DNA of 64,000 nt from Candidatus Eiseniibacteriota bacterium (GCA_044223005.1 JBGAML010000003.1:32001-96000); one strand, 5' to 3'; positions 1 to 9,863 are shown, counted from the stretch's first letter. Translations and numbers: made by a program. Notes: generated by a model not told the origin, from the sequence alone.

Positions 1-171
1 CACGGCGTTGAACGCAGCACCGGCCGGCTTGCCGGTGTAGAAGGGAGCGTTGTCGCCGGCGGCGGCCGCGCTGCGGGCGTGCACGCCCGAGGCGGCGGGC
101 GCGGCCAGCGCGGGGAGGACGAGGACGAGCGCGGCGGCAGCCGCGAGCGGGAACGAGCGCAGGAACTTCAC
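1..171 (-). CDS. 5' part of a secreted protein running off the window edge (function not assignable)
   Basis: GGAGG RBS then GTG at 171; reads MKFLRSFPLAAAAALVLVLPALAAPAAS... (Sec signal peptide); open to position 1. Confidence 0.7.
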   Translation of the reverse strand, partial: MKFLRSFPLAAAAALVLVLPALAAPAASGVHARSAAAAGDNAPFYTGKPAGAAFNAV

Positions 172-433
172 ATGACCTCCGGAAAGTGTCCGCCTCGGCG
201 CCGCCGCGACGCACACGGAATCTCCGGAGCGGCGGGCGCATCCTGATCGAGGCTGCGGGCGAAGCCTAGCCGACGCCCGCGAACGCGACCAACCGGGCGG
301 GCCGGAGGCTTGCCGGGCGTGGGGAAACTGGCGACGGATGCGGTACGCCGGCCGTTCGCGGCGCGCCCGTTCGCGAACGGGCATGCCGAGGGCGCCGCGG
401 AAGGAGTCCGCGGCGCCCTGGATTTCCAAGCGA

Positions 434-1321
434 TCAGCGGTACGTGGACTTCAGCTGGCCCCACGTCGACGTGTGGACGGGAACGGCGGCCGGAGGGGTG
501 AAGACCCACACCGAGCCCTGCCCCATGGCGTTCCCGATCGCGGTCACGTAGATCCGGCCGTCCGGGTCGGTCGCGATGCCGGTGATGAGGCCCGTGCTCC
601 CGTCGTCGTTGATCCAGAGCGCACTGCTGTTGGCCGGCCACGCGGGGGAGTCGAGAGCCCGAGTCCAGGGGCCCGTCAGCAACTGCGTCGCCGTGGTGCC
701 CATGCCCATGCGCAGGAGCGTGCTGGCCACGAACGTCGAACCGCCGGCTTCCGCACGGAAGACCGCCGCCCCCATGCGGACGAACACGGTGCCGTCGGGT
801 GCGAACGAGAGGCCGTCCGGCAGGTTGGTGAGCATCGGCGAGCTCAACGACCGCCAGTTCTGCCACGTCTGCGTGGCGCTGTCGTAACGCTGGATCATGG
901 GGCCGTACGCGCCGTAGAGAGCGCCGTCGGGTCCGATCGCGAGCGCGTTGACGCCGTGCGGCAGCAGGCCGAGCAGCTGCCCGGTTTCCGAGTAGCGACC
1001 GAGATCGCTTCCGGCCTGCAGGTAGAGCTCTCGCGCGACGGGATCGAATGCGAGCACGTCCGACGCGAGCCCGCCCGACGTCACCAGCGATCGAGTGCCC
1101 GAGAGCGTGATGCGGTAGAGGTCGACGCCCGAGCCGGTGTGATCCAGCACGAACGCATCGTGCGAAACGGGATCGACGGCAATCTCGCCCATCGGGGTCA
1201 CGAGCCCGGAGGCGAGTTGCTGCGCGGTCCAGCCGGGCGCGACCGGAGTCGGGGCGGCGGGAGCGAGGTGGGGGGTCGCGACGAGCGCCGTCAACGCGGC
1301 GAGAACGAACAGATGACGCAT
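434..1321 (-). CDS. Secreted beta-propeller-like protein with C-terminal TWGxxKxxY tail
   Basis: Signal peptide MRHLFVLAALTALVA; repeated blade-like motifs (IAVDP, LAFDP, LAIGPDG, LSFAPDG, IATDPDG); ends VPVHTSTWGQLKSTYR. Confidence 0.8.
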   Translation of the reverse strand: MRHLFVLAALTALVATPHLAPAAPTPVAPGWTAQQLASGLVTPMGEIAVDPVSHDAFVLDHTGSGVDLYRITLSGTRSLVTSGGLASDVLAFDPVARELYLQAGSDLGRYSETGQLLGLLPHGVNALAIGPDGALYGAYGPMIQRYDSATQTWQNWRSLSSPMLTNLPDGLSFAPDGTVFVRMGAAVFRAEAGGSTFVASTLLRMGMGTTATQLLTGPWTRALDSPAWPANSSALWINDDGSTGLITGIATDPDGRIYVTAIGNAMGQGSVWVFTPPAAVPVHTSTWGQLKSTYR

Positions 1322-1531
1322 GAATCGTCTCCACCCGGTCGGGATGGAGTCGCGCGCTCGGGGGCGCGTCGCGACGTGGGGCAGGTGCCCGCAGGTTCAT
1401 CGCCGACGCTCGCATGCACAGAGATCCGGCGACATGCAAACCCTAGGCCTCCCCGCGAGCCGGGGTCAATGCGGAACAGGCTTCGGCGTGCAACTCGATG
1501 AAACCTCGTACACTCGGCCGGCATCCATCGC

Positions 1532-1671
1532 GTAGTGCTCGGAAGATTGCGGGTGGCGGCCACAGCCGGCCATGCGCCGCAGGCACTTGCGGCCCTCGCC
1601 ACTCGCGATCGCGGTAACGCGTTGTTGTTCAATCGCTTGGCGCATGGCGTCCGCATCTATCCGAGCACGCC
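1532..1671. mobile_element. Putative MITE related to the IS1-like element at 23137-24353
   Basis: 1532-1555 GTAGTGCTCGGAAGATTGCGGGTG is 23/24 identical to the IS end at 23137-23160; 1648-1671 is a degenerate inverted copy (rc GGCGTGCTCGGATAGATGCGGACG); no coding capacity. Confidence 0.7.
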
Positions 1672-1701
1672 CCACGGATCGAACGACGGCGGAGGTCTGG
1701 A

Positions 1702-2412
1702 ATGACGGCGGGAAACCAGAAGGTGGCGGTGGTGACGGGTGGCAATCGCGGCATCGGCCGCGGGATCGTCGAGGCGCTCGCGGCGGACGGGTACGCGGTG
1801 GCGTTGACGGCGCGCGACGCGGCCGCGGCGGCGGAGGCCGCGACGGCGGTCGGGCGCGGGGCGCGCGGCTACGCGTGCGACGTGCGCGAGCCGGAATCGG
1901 TGGCGGCGCTGTTCGCCGCGGTGGATCGCGACCTGGGCGGCGTCGACGTGCTGGTCAACAACGCCGGCATCGGCATCTTCGCGCCGATCGCCGAGATGTC
2001 GATCGCGGACTGGAACGCGCTGATCGCGACCAACGTGAACGGCGTCTTCTACTGCACGCGCGAGGCGCTGCCGCGCATGAAGCGCCGCGGCGGCGGGTAC
2101 GTGTTCAACGTGTCGTCGCTCGCGGGCCGCAACGCGTTCCCCGGCGCGGGCGCGTACTGCGCGAGCAAGCACGCCGTGAACGGGTTCAGCGAGGTGCTGT
2201 TCCAGGAAGTGCGCGAGGACGGGATCCGCGTCACGTACCTCATGCCCGGAAGCGTCGCGACCGACTTCGGCCGCGGCACGGCGGCCAAGCAGGACTGGGC
2301 GCTGCAGCCCTCCGACGTGGGCGAGATGGTCGTCGACCTGCTGCACACCTCGCCGCGCGCGCTCCACAGCCGCGTCGAGATGCGGCCGGCGCGTCCGCAG
2401 AAGCGAGCCTAG
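1702..2412 (+). CDS. Short-chain dehydrogenase/reductase (SDR)
   Basis: TGGNRGIG Rossmann motif, NNAG, catalytic YCASK. Confidence 0.95.
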   Translation: MTAGNQKVAVVTGGNRGIGRGIVEALAADGYAVALTARDAAAAAEAATAVGRGARGYACDVREPESVAALFAAVDRDLGGVDVLVNNAGIGIFAPIAEMSIADWNALIATNVNGVFYCTREALPRMKRRGGGYVFNVSSLAGRNAFPGAGAYCASKHAVNGFSEVLFQEVREDGIRVTYLMPGSVATDFGRGTAAKQDWALQPSDVGEMVVDLLHTSPRALHSRVEMRPARPQKRA

Positions 2413-2876
2413 GCTCCGTCCATCTCGTCCGGGCCGATGCGCCGCCGGAGCGTGCCGCTCCGGCGGTCGTCGGCCAGGTCCAACTCCACCAGCGTTCCCG
2501 GCGAGAAGTCCTCGGGCGCGCCGGTGAGGCGCTGGGTGAGCCGCGCGACGAGCGGCAGGTGCGATACCACGAGCACCGGCCCGTGGCGCAGGCCGTGCGC
2601 TTCGAGCGCTTCGAGCGCGGCGAGTGGATCGTGATCGGGCGTCAGGTCGTGTACGAGTTCGAGCGGCGCGTCGCAGGCGAGCTCTTCCAGCAGCAGTCGC
2701 GCGGTGTCGCGCGCGCGCCGGTAGGGTGAGCTGTACGCGATGGTGGGCGCCCAGCCCTCGCGGGCCAGCTGCCGCCCGAGCGCGCGCACGTACGCCTCGC
2801 CCTCGGGCAACAGCGTGGCGTCGGGGCCCTGGCCGCTCGCGCGGCCATGGCGCAGCAGGGCGAATCGTAGCGACAT
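2409..2876 (-). CDS. sixA: SixA-like phosphohistidine phosphatase (histidine phosphatase superfamily)
   Basis: LLRHG motif, SSPYRRARDTA, VLVVSHLP; start placed at MSLRFALL. Confidence 0.8.
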   Translation of the reverse strand: MSLRFALLRHGRASGQGPDATLLPEGEAYVRALGRQLAREGWAPTIAYSSPYRRARDTARLLLEELACDAPLELVHDLTPDHDPLAALEALEAHGLRHGPVLVVSHLPLVARLTQRLTGAPEDFSPGTLVELDLADDRRSGTLRRRIGPDEMDGA

Positions 2877-2963
2877 GCGGTGCACTATGCGGGAGAGGGC
2901 GGCCCGAGGCCAATGCGATGCAAATTCGACGAGGCGAGCCGACCCGCGGGGTAAAATGATGTG

Positions 2964-3806
2964 ATGTGGACCCGCCGCCGCTTCCTGCGTTGGAGCACGA
3001 CCGCCGCCGTTTCGGGCGCCGTCGCGGCGTGGTATGCATGGCAGGTCGAGCCGCACTGGCTCGAGCTGACACATCGCGACCTGCCGATTGCGGGACTTCC
3101 GAAGGCGCTACAGGGCCGCACGCTCGCTCACGTCAGCGATCTGCACGTCGGGCCACGCGTCCAGCCCGCTTACCTGGCCGCGACGTTCGATCTCCTTCGC
3201 GGCCTCGCACCCGACGTGGTCGCCTACACGGGCGACTTCATCACGTTGCGGCCCGACCTTCCGCGACCCCAGCTGCCCGGACCCTACGCTCACCTGCCGC
3301 TCGGACGCCTCGCGACACTTGCCGTGCTGGGGAACCACGACTATGGCCATCGTTGGACGAATGGCCGGGTCGCCGCCCGCGTCGAGGCGATCCTGCGCGA
3401 CGGGGGCGCCACGGTGCTGCGGAACGCGATCGCGGACGTTCACGGGCTCCAGGTGGTCGGACTCGACGAGTTCTGGTCGGGGCGATTCGATCTCGGAACC
3501 GCCGTCTCCGCGCTGCGTGACGACGCGCCGATGCTCACGCTCTGTCACAACCCGGATGCCGTCGATGCGCCGGGATGGGATCGCATTCGCGGCTGGATCC
3601 TGGCCGGGCACACGCACGGCGGGCAGGTGAAGCTCCCGTTCCTGCCGCCCTTCTTCCTGCCCGTGGTGAACCGCCGCTACGTGGCGGGCGAGGTCGCCCT
3701 GAGCGGCGGCCGGAGGCTCTACATCTCACGTGGCGTCGGGCATTCGCACCAGGTCCGTTTCGGGGTTCGGCCGGAACTGGCGATGTTCACGCTCGTGCGC
3801 GCCTGA
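2964..3806 (+). CDS. Calcineurin-like metallophosphoesterase with twin-arginine-like N-terminus
   Basis: TRRRFL, SDLH, TGD, GNHD, HNPD, GHTHGGQ motifs. Confidence 0.92.
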   Translation: MWTRRRFLRWSTTAAVSGAVAAWYAWQVEPHWLELTHRDLPIAGLPKALQGRTLAHVSDLHVGPRVQPAYLAATFDLLRGLAPDVVAYTGDFITLRPDLPRPQLPGPYAHLPLGRLATLAVLGNHDYGHRWTNGRVAARVEAILRDGGATVLRNAIADVHGLQVVGLDEFWSGRFDLGTAVSALRDDAPMLTLCHNPDAVDAPGWDRIRGWILAGHTHGGQVKLPFLPPFFLPVVNRRYVAGEVALSGGRRLYISRGVGHSHQVRFGVRPELAMFTLVRA

Positions 3807-3924
3807 GGCCGGTTCCGGCTGCGCGGGCCAAGCCGCATTTGCGCCCCCTCCGGGCGCCCGATAGCATTCCCACCCCGTCCCGCCGCGCCCCGCGCGGCCC
3901 TCTCCCGACCCGGAGCCTGCATTC

Positions 3925-6900
3925 ATGAGCCTCTTCCTCGACACCCTGCGCGAGCGCGTCCTGTTCTTCGACGGGGGCATGGGGACGCAGGTGCAGGCGC
4001 GCGAGCTGGGGCCCGACGACTTCGGCGGCAAGCGCTGGGACGGCTGCATCGACTACCTGAGCCTCACGCGGCCGGACGTCGTCGAATCGATCCACGCGGC
4101 CTACTTCGACGCGGGCGCGGACATCGTCGAGACGAACTCGTTCCAGGCGTCACGCACGCGCCTCGAGGAATGGGACCTCGGCGAGCGCACGGTCGAGCTG
4201 AACCGCGCCGCGGCCTCGGCCGCGCGCCGCGTCGCCGATCGCTACGCCGCCGACGGCCGGCCGCGCTTCGTCGCGGGCTCGATGGGGCCGTCGGGATTCC
4301 TGCCGTCTTCGGAGGACCCGGACCTCGGCCGCCTCGGCCTCGTCGACCTCGTCGCGGCGTTCGTGCCGCAGGCGCAGGGGCTGATCGAAGGCGGCGCCGA
4401 CGTCCTGCTCCTCGAGACGTGCCAGGACATCCTCGAGATGAAGGCGCAGATCCTCGCGGCGCGCGACGCGATGGCGATCACCGGCCGGCGCGTGCCGATC
4501 CAGTGTTCGATCACGCTCGATCCGACGGGCCGCATGCTGCTGGGCACCGACTACCGCGGCGCGCTCGCGACGCTCGAGGCGATGGCGGTCGACGTGATCG
4601 GCCTCAACTGCTCGACCGGCCCCGACCTGATGCGCGACGCGGTGCGCTTCCTGTGTGAGAACGCGTCGACGCCGATCCACTGCATCCCCAACGCCGGCCT
4701 GCCCATCAACGACGGTGGCCGCACGCTCTACCCGATGCGCCCGGATCCGTTCGCCGACACGCTGCGCGAGTTCGTGCTCGACCTGGGTGTGAACGCGGTC
4801 GGCGGCTGCTGCGGTACGACGCCGGACCACATCCGTGCGCTGGTGAAGGCCGTGGGCCGCGTGGCGCCCAAGGTGCGCCCGGGCCGCGGACCGTGGTGCG
4901 TGTCTTCGGGCATGACGGCGGCGGCGCTCAAGCAGGAGCCTGCACCGATGCTGATCGGCGAGCGGCTCAACACGCAGGGCTCGCGCAAGATCAAGCGCGT
5001 CGCGCTCGAGGGCCGGCTCGAGGACATGATTCCCGTGGCGCGCGAGCAGGTCGAAGGCGGGGCGCACGTGCTCGACGTCTGCATGGCGCTCACCGAGCGC
5101 ACGGACGAGCGCGAGATGATGCAGGCGCTGGTGAAGAAGCTCTCGCTCAGCGTCGAGGCGCCGCTCTGCATCGACTCCACGGAGCCGGCGGTGATCGAGG
5201 CCGCGCTGCAGGCCTGCCCGGGTTCGGCGATCGTGAACTCGATCAACCTCGAGAACGGCCGCGAGCGGATCGACGCGGTCATGCCGCTGGTCATGCGCTA
5301 CGGCGCCGCGGTGATCGCGCTCACGATCGACGAGCAGGGCATGGCCAAGACGGCCGAGCGCAAGCTCGAGGTCGCGCGGCGCATCCACGACATCTGCACG
5401 CGCGAGTTCGGCCTGCCGCCCGAGCGGCTCATCTTCGACGACCTCACGTTCACGCTCGCCACGGGCGACGACGAGTTCGCGCGGAGCGCGGTCGAGACGA
5501 TCGAGGGCATCCGCGCGATCAAGCGCGAGCTGCCGGGCGTGCTCACGTCGCTCGGCGTCTCCAACGTCTCGTTCGGCCTGGGCAAGGAGGCGCGCGCGGT
5601 CCTCAACAGCGTGTTCCTCTACCACGGCGTGCAGGCGGGCCTCGACGCGGCGATCGTGAACCCGGCCGACGTGATCCCGTACGCCGAGCTGTCCGAGGAG
5701 GACCGCCGGCTCGCCGAGGACCTGGTCTTCGCGCGCGACCCGGAAGCGCTCGCGCACCTGATCGCGCACTTCGAGGGCCGCGCGCCCGACGCGCGCGCCA
5801 AGGCGGACGACGCGGCCGAGGCGGCCATGTCGGTCGAGCAGCGCATCCACTTCCAGATCCTCCACCGCAAGCCCGCCGGGATCGAGACGCTGGTCGACGA
5901 AGCCGTGAAGCGCCAGCCGGCCGTGCAGGTGCTCAACGAGGTGCTGCTGCCGGCCATGAAGGAGGTCGGCGACAAGTTCGGCGCCGGCGAACTGATCCTG
6001 CCGTTCGTGCTGCAGAGCGCCGAGGTGATGAAGAAAGCCGTGGCGCAGCTCGAGGGCTACCTCGAGCGCAAGTCCGACGCGAGCAAGGGTCGCGTCGTGC
6101 TGGCGACCGTGTTCGGCGACGTGCACGACATCGGCAAGAACCTCGTGAAGACGATTCTCGGCAACAACGGCTACACCGTCTACGATCTCGGCAAGCAGGT
6201 CCCGGTGCAGAAGATCCTCGACGAGGCGAAGCGCGTGGACGCGACGGCGATCGGGCTGTCGGCGCTGCTCGTCTCGACGAGCAAGCAGATGCCGATCGCG
6301 GTCGCCGAGCTGCACCGCGCCGGATTGAACATCCCCGTGCTGATCGGCGGCGCCGCGATCAACCGCAACTTCGGCCGCCGCGCCGCGCTGGTCGATGGCG
6401 AGGTCTTCTACGCGCCCGGCGTCTTCTACTGCAAGGACGCGTTCGAGGGTCTCGACACGGTCAATGCGCTCGTCGATCCCACGGAGGCCGCGAAGCTGGT
6501 CGAGAAGACGAAGCACGAGGCGTTCGAGTTCAAGACGCGCGCCGCCGAGCTCGAACAGCGCTCCGCCGCCGCGAGCGCGCAGCAGCAGGACTTCCGCGTG
6601 AACGTCTCGCGCGACGTCACGATTCCGGCGCCACCCTTCTGGGGTGCGCGCGTCACGCCCACGCGCGAGGTGTCGTTCGAAGGCGTCTGGGCGGGCATGG
6701 ACCTCAAGACGCTCTATCGCCTGCACTGGGGCGCGCGCGGCAGCGGCGCCGAGCTCGACGCGCTGATCCGCGACGACTTCGAACCGCGGCGGTTGAAGCT
6801 CCAGCGCGAGGCCGAGGAGAAGGGCTGGCTGCGCCCGACCGCGGTCTACGGCTACTTCCCGTGCCAGGCCGAGGGCCAGGATCTCGTGATCCTCGACCCG

Positions 6901-7413
6901 GGCGCGTTCGCGCCGGGTTCGCTCGTGCTGCGCGGCAAGGCCGAAGAGGTCGCGCGCTTCACGTTCCCGCGCCAGGCCGATCGCGAGGGGCTCTGCCTGT
7001 CCGACTACTTCGCGCCCGCCGAGTCCTCGAAGGTGGACGTGGTCGCGTTCCAGGTCGTGACCGTGGGGCACAACGCCGACGAGCTGTGCGCGGCGCTCAA
7101 CGCCCGCGGCGAATACGCCGACGCGCTCTTCCTGCACGGCCTCGCGGTGAGCGCGGCCGAAGGCCTCGCCGAGTGGCACCACGGCAAGCTGCGGCGCGAG
7201 CTGGGGCTCGAGGCCGATCGCGGCAAGCGCTACTCGTTCGGCTACAGCGCCTGCCCGGATCTCGCCGACCAGGCCAAGCTGTTCGCGCTCCTCAAACCCG
7301 AGGAGTCGATCGGCGTCACGCTCACGAGCGCCTACCAGCTCGTGCCCGAGGCCTCGACCAGCGCGATCGTGGTACACCATCCGCAGGCGGCCTACTACCT
7401 CGTGCGGGAATGA
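3925..7413 (+). CDS. metH: Cobalamin-dependent methionine synthase
   Basis: DGGMGT, GLNCS, GGCCGT Zn ligands, IGERLN pterin domain, DVHDIGKN B12-binding motif, C-terminal activation domain. Confidence 0.98.
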   Translation: MSLFLDTLRERVLFFDGGMGTQVQARELGPDDFGGKRWDGCIDYLSLTRPDVVESIHAAYFDAGADIVETNSFQASRTRLEEWDLGERTVELNRAAASAARRVADRYAADGRPRFVAGSMGPSGFLPSSEDPDLGRLGLVDLVAAFVPQAQGLIEGGADVLLLETCQDILEMKAQILAARDAMAITGRRVPIQCSITLDPTGRMLLGTDYRGALATLEAMAVDVIGLNCSTGPDLMRDAVRFLCENASTPIHCIPNAGLPINDGGRTLYPMRPDPFADTLREFVLDLGVNAVGGCCGTTPDHIRALVKAVGRVAPKVRPGRGPWCVSSGMTAAALKQEPAPMLIGERLNTQGSRKIKRVALEGRLEDMIPVAREQVEGGAHVLDVCMALTERTDEREMMQALVKKLSLSVEAPLCIDSTEPAVIEAALQACPGSAIVNSINLENGRERIDAVMPLVMRYGAAVIALTIDEQGMAKTAERKLEVARRIHDICTREFGLPPERLIFDDLTFTLATGDDEFARSAVETIEGIRAIKRELPGVLTSLGVSNVSFGLGKEARAVLNSVFLYHGVQAGLDAAIVNPADVIPYAELSEEDRRLAEDLVFARDPEALAHLIAHFEGRAPDARAKADDAAEAAMSVEQRIHFQILHRKPAGIETLVDEAVKRQPAVQVLNEVLLPAMKEVGDKFGAGELILPFVLQSAEVMKKAVAQLEGYLERKSDASKGRVVLATVFGDVHDIGKNLVKTILGNNGYTVYDLGKQVPVQKILDEAKRVDATAIGLSALLVSTSKQMPIAVAELHRAGLNIPVLIGGAAINRNFGRRAALVDGEVFYAPGVFYCKDAFEGLDTVNALVDPTEAAKLVEKTKHEAFEFKTRAAELEQRSAAASAQQQDFRVNVSRDVTIPAPPFWGARVTPTREVSFEGVWAGMDLKTLYRLHWGARGSGAELDALIRDDFEPRRLKLQREAEEKGWLRPTAVYGYFPCQAEGQDLVILDPGAFAPGSLVLRGKAEEVARFTFPRQADREGLCLSDYFAPAESSKVDVVAFQVVTVGHNADELCAALNARGEYADALFLHGLAVSAAEGLAEWHHGKLRRELGLEADRGKRYSFGYSACPDLADQAKLFALLKPEESIGVTLTSAYQLVPEASTSAIVVHHPQAAYYLVRE

Positions 7414-7470
7414 TCCGGCGGGGCTTCCGGGCCGTTGACTCGCCCGGCGGGGACGTGTAAGGAATCTCCC

Positions 7471-8076
7471 ATGCAGCCAGCGCCCGTCACGCTCGAAGGC
7501 CGGTTCGTCCGGCTCGAGCCGCTCGTCGTCGAGCGGCACTGGGACGGCCTCGTCGCGATCGCGATGGAGCCGTCGCTCTGGCGGCACACCACCGCCAAGA
7601 TCCGCACGCAGGGTGACCTCCAGCGCTACCTCGAGGAAGCACTCGCGGAGCAGGAGCGCGGCCGCGCGATTCCGTTCGTGACGGTGCGCCGCGAGGACGG
7701 CCGCGTGGTCGGGTGCACGCGCTTCGGCAACATCGAGCGCCGGCACCGTCGCGTCGAGATCGGCTGGACGTGGGTGGGCGTGCCCTACCAGCGCACGGCG
7801 GTCAACACCGAGACCAAGTACCTCATGTTCCGCCACGCGTTCGAGGACTGGGGCTTCCGCCGCGTCGAACTGAAGACCGCGTCGACGAACGAGAAGTCCC
7901 AGTCGGCGATGCGCCGCCTCGGGCTGGTCGAGGAGGGCACGATGCGCAAGCACATGCTCAACGACGACGGCGGCTCGCGCGACACGGTCTACTTCAGCGT
8001 CGTCGACGACGAATGGCCGGCGATGAAGGCGCGGCTCGAGGGCATGATCGAGAGGGGCAGCGCGGCCCGGGCCTGA
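7471..8076 (+). CDS. GNAT (RimJ/RimL-like) N-acetyltransferase
   Basis: VEIGWTW, QRTAVNTE, RVELKT, N..SQSAMRRLG..EG.MR. Confidence 0.9.
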   Translation: MQPAPVTLEGRFVRLEPLVVERHWDGLVAIAMEPSLWRHTTAKIRTQGDLQRYLEEALAEQERGRAIPFVTVRREDGRVVGCTRFGNIERRHRRVEIGWTWVGVPYQRTAVNTETKYLMFRHAFEDWGFRRVELKTASTNEKSQSAMRRLGLVEEGTMRKHMLNDDGGSRDTVYFSVVDDEWPAMKARLEGMIERGSAARA

Positions 8077-8218
8077 ACGGGTGGCGTGCGGGCGGCCCTG
8101 GGCTGCCGCGCCCCGAGCTGCCGGCCACCCCGATTTCCCGCTCGCGGCGCCGCGGCCGGCGGTGCTAGCGTTCCACGTGGCCGCCCGGAGCCGGGCGCGG
8201 CGGCCTTCCGGAGGTTCC

Positions 8219-8878
8219 ATGCCGGCCGCCCGCTGGACCGTTCACCTGTCGCTCGTCGCATCGATCGCCGCCGTGCTCGCGTCCGGCTGCGCGCGCTCGA
8301 CCGAGCCCACGCCGAAGCACACGTTCTACGGGAGCGTCCGCCTGGTCGGCTACGACGTCGCCGAGTCCGGCCTGGTCACCGCGACGCGCGCGATCGACGA
8401 CGCCGACAGCGTCGCGGTCGAACTCGTCCGCGGGTCGACCCTCGTCGGGCGCACGTTCACGACGAACGGCACCTACCAGTTCGGCGGGCTCGAGCCGGGT
8501 TCCTACGCCACGCGCGTCGTGGTCGCGAACGACTTCGTGGTGCGCAGCGCCGACCTGGTGCTCGCCGACGCCGACGTCGCGGTGCCGCGGCTCGTCGTGG
8601 CTTCGCGCGGCGACCTGCTGCCGTCGCCGAATCCCATGCTCGCCTATGGCACGGTGATCTACTTCCAGCTCGACCAGACGGCGCCGATCACGCTGCGCGT
8701 GGCGCGCCAGGACGGCACGCCGGTGCGTACGCTGATGGAGGGCACGCTGCAGCCCGGGCTCAAGTCCGCGAGCTGGGGAGCCATCGACGTCGCGGGGCAT
8801 CCGGCGCCGGGGTCGCTCTACTGGGTGCTGCTCGAATCCCCGGGCGAACCGACCCGCGCCCACCTCGTCTACCGCTGA
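8219..8878 (+). CDS. Lipoprotein with a beta-sandwich domain and FlgD-Ig-like C-terminal domain
   Basis: GGAGG RBS; lipobox LASGC; T...GTYQFGGLEPGSY; PSPNP...VRTLMEG.LQPG...W...D..G. Confidence 0.75.
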   Translation: MPAARWTVHLSLVASIAAVLASGCARSTEPTPKHTFYGSVRLVGYDVAESGLVTATRAIDDADSVAVELVRGSTLVGRTFTTNGTYQFGGLEPGSYATRVVVANDFVVRSADLVLADADVAVPRLVVASRGDLLPSPNPMLAYGTVIYFQLDQTAPITLRVARQDGTPVRTLMEGTLQPGLKSASWGAIDVAGHPAPGSLYWVLLESPGEPTRAHLVYR

Positions 8879-8884
8879 CGCGGC

Positions 8885-9811
8885 TCAGGCGCGCGGCGAC
8901 AGTTCGCGCACGAGTGCGGCCACCTCGGCCGTGTTCGTGCGCGGTAGCCAGTGGCCGACGCCCTCGAGCACGTGCAGCTTCGTGGTGGGCACGATGCCGG
9001 GCAGCCACGCGGCGTGCGTCCGCCACGGCGTGATGCCGTCATCGGCACCGACGAGCACCGCGAGCGGCGCACGCAGGCGAGGCAGGTCGGCGAGCAGCCG
9101 CGCGAGGTCGGCGCGGAACGTGCGGAAGTTCTCGAGCGCCGCATCGAGCTGCGCCGGCACGAGCGCCCACGCGCGCGATGCGGTGCGCCCCGGCGGTGCC
9201 GGCGCGGGTGACCACGCCTCCCGGCGCGTGCGCGGGGTGACGAACCAGCCGCCGGGAAGCGTGAACACCTCGAGCGCCGCGCGGCGCGCGATTCCCGCGA
9301 GCGGGAAGCGGACGTAGCGCACGTTGCGGTCGTCCACCGCGAGGCACGGCGTCAGCAGCACCACGGCGGCCACGCGGTCGGGGTCGTCGAGCGCCGCGCG
9401 CAGTACGACCGGTGCGCCGTACGAGTGGCCCACGAGCACGGCATGCGCACCGGCGGGCAGCGCGGAGAGCACGGCGCGCGCGTTGGCGCCGAGGTCGAGC
9501 GCGGGGCCGCGCGGCGAGGCCGCGTGCCCGGGCCGGTCGATCGCCAGCACGGTGTGGTCACGCGCGAGATCGTCGAGCAGTGCGTCGGGGAAGTCGGCGT
9601 GCATGCCGTTCATGCCGTGCACGAACGCGACGACGGGGCCACTGCCGCGTCGCGTGCCGCGCGGTCCGCCGGGTGAGAGCGGCGGCGCGGGCGGGAACGT
9701 GCGTACGACGTGCGCCGCGTAGAGCGAGTGGAGCAGCGCCGACAGCAGCAGCAGCGCCCACAGCAGGGGCACCGCGATCACGGCGATCCAGAAGACGGCG
9801 AGCCCGGTCAT
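8885..9811 (-). CDS. Membrane-anchored alpha/beta hydrolase
   Basis: N-terminal TM helix; FVHG, DRPGH, GHSYG nucleophile elbow, GADD, GVGH. Confidence 0.9.
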   Translation of the reverse strand: MTGLAVFWIAVIAVPLLWALLLLSALLHSLYAAHVVRTFPPAPPLSPGGPRGTRRGSGPVVAFVHGMNGMHADFPDALLDDLARDHTVLAIDRPGHAASPRGPALDLGANARAVLSALPAGAHAVLVGHSYGAPVVLRAALDDPDRVAAVVLLTPCLAVDDRNVRYVRFPLAGIARRAALEVFTLPGGWFVTPRTRREAWSPAPAPPGRTASRAWALVPAQLDAALENFRTFRADLARLLADLPRLRAPLAVLVGADDGITPWRTHAAWLPGIVPTTKLHVLEGVGHWLPRTNTAEVAALVRELSPRA

Positions 9812-9863
9812 CGTGCGGTGGACCGGCCGTCCCGGCGAGCGCCGGAACGGCCGGTCCGGAACC

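Noticed and set aside
3807..3924. SAM, SAH or cobalamin riboswitch before metH (and cobalamin riboswitch before the TonB receptor)
   Set aside because: No recognisable consensus elements in either intergenic region
4150..8220. Very long antisense or alternate-frame ORFs (also 9813-12836, 20250-22955, 43572-46910, 56792-61309)
   Set aside because: Shadow ORFs expected from high GC at third positions; they overlap well-supported genes and have no motifs
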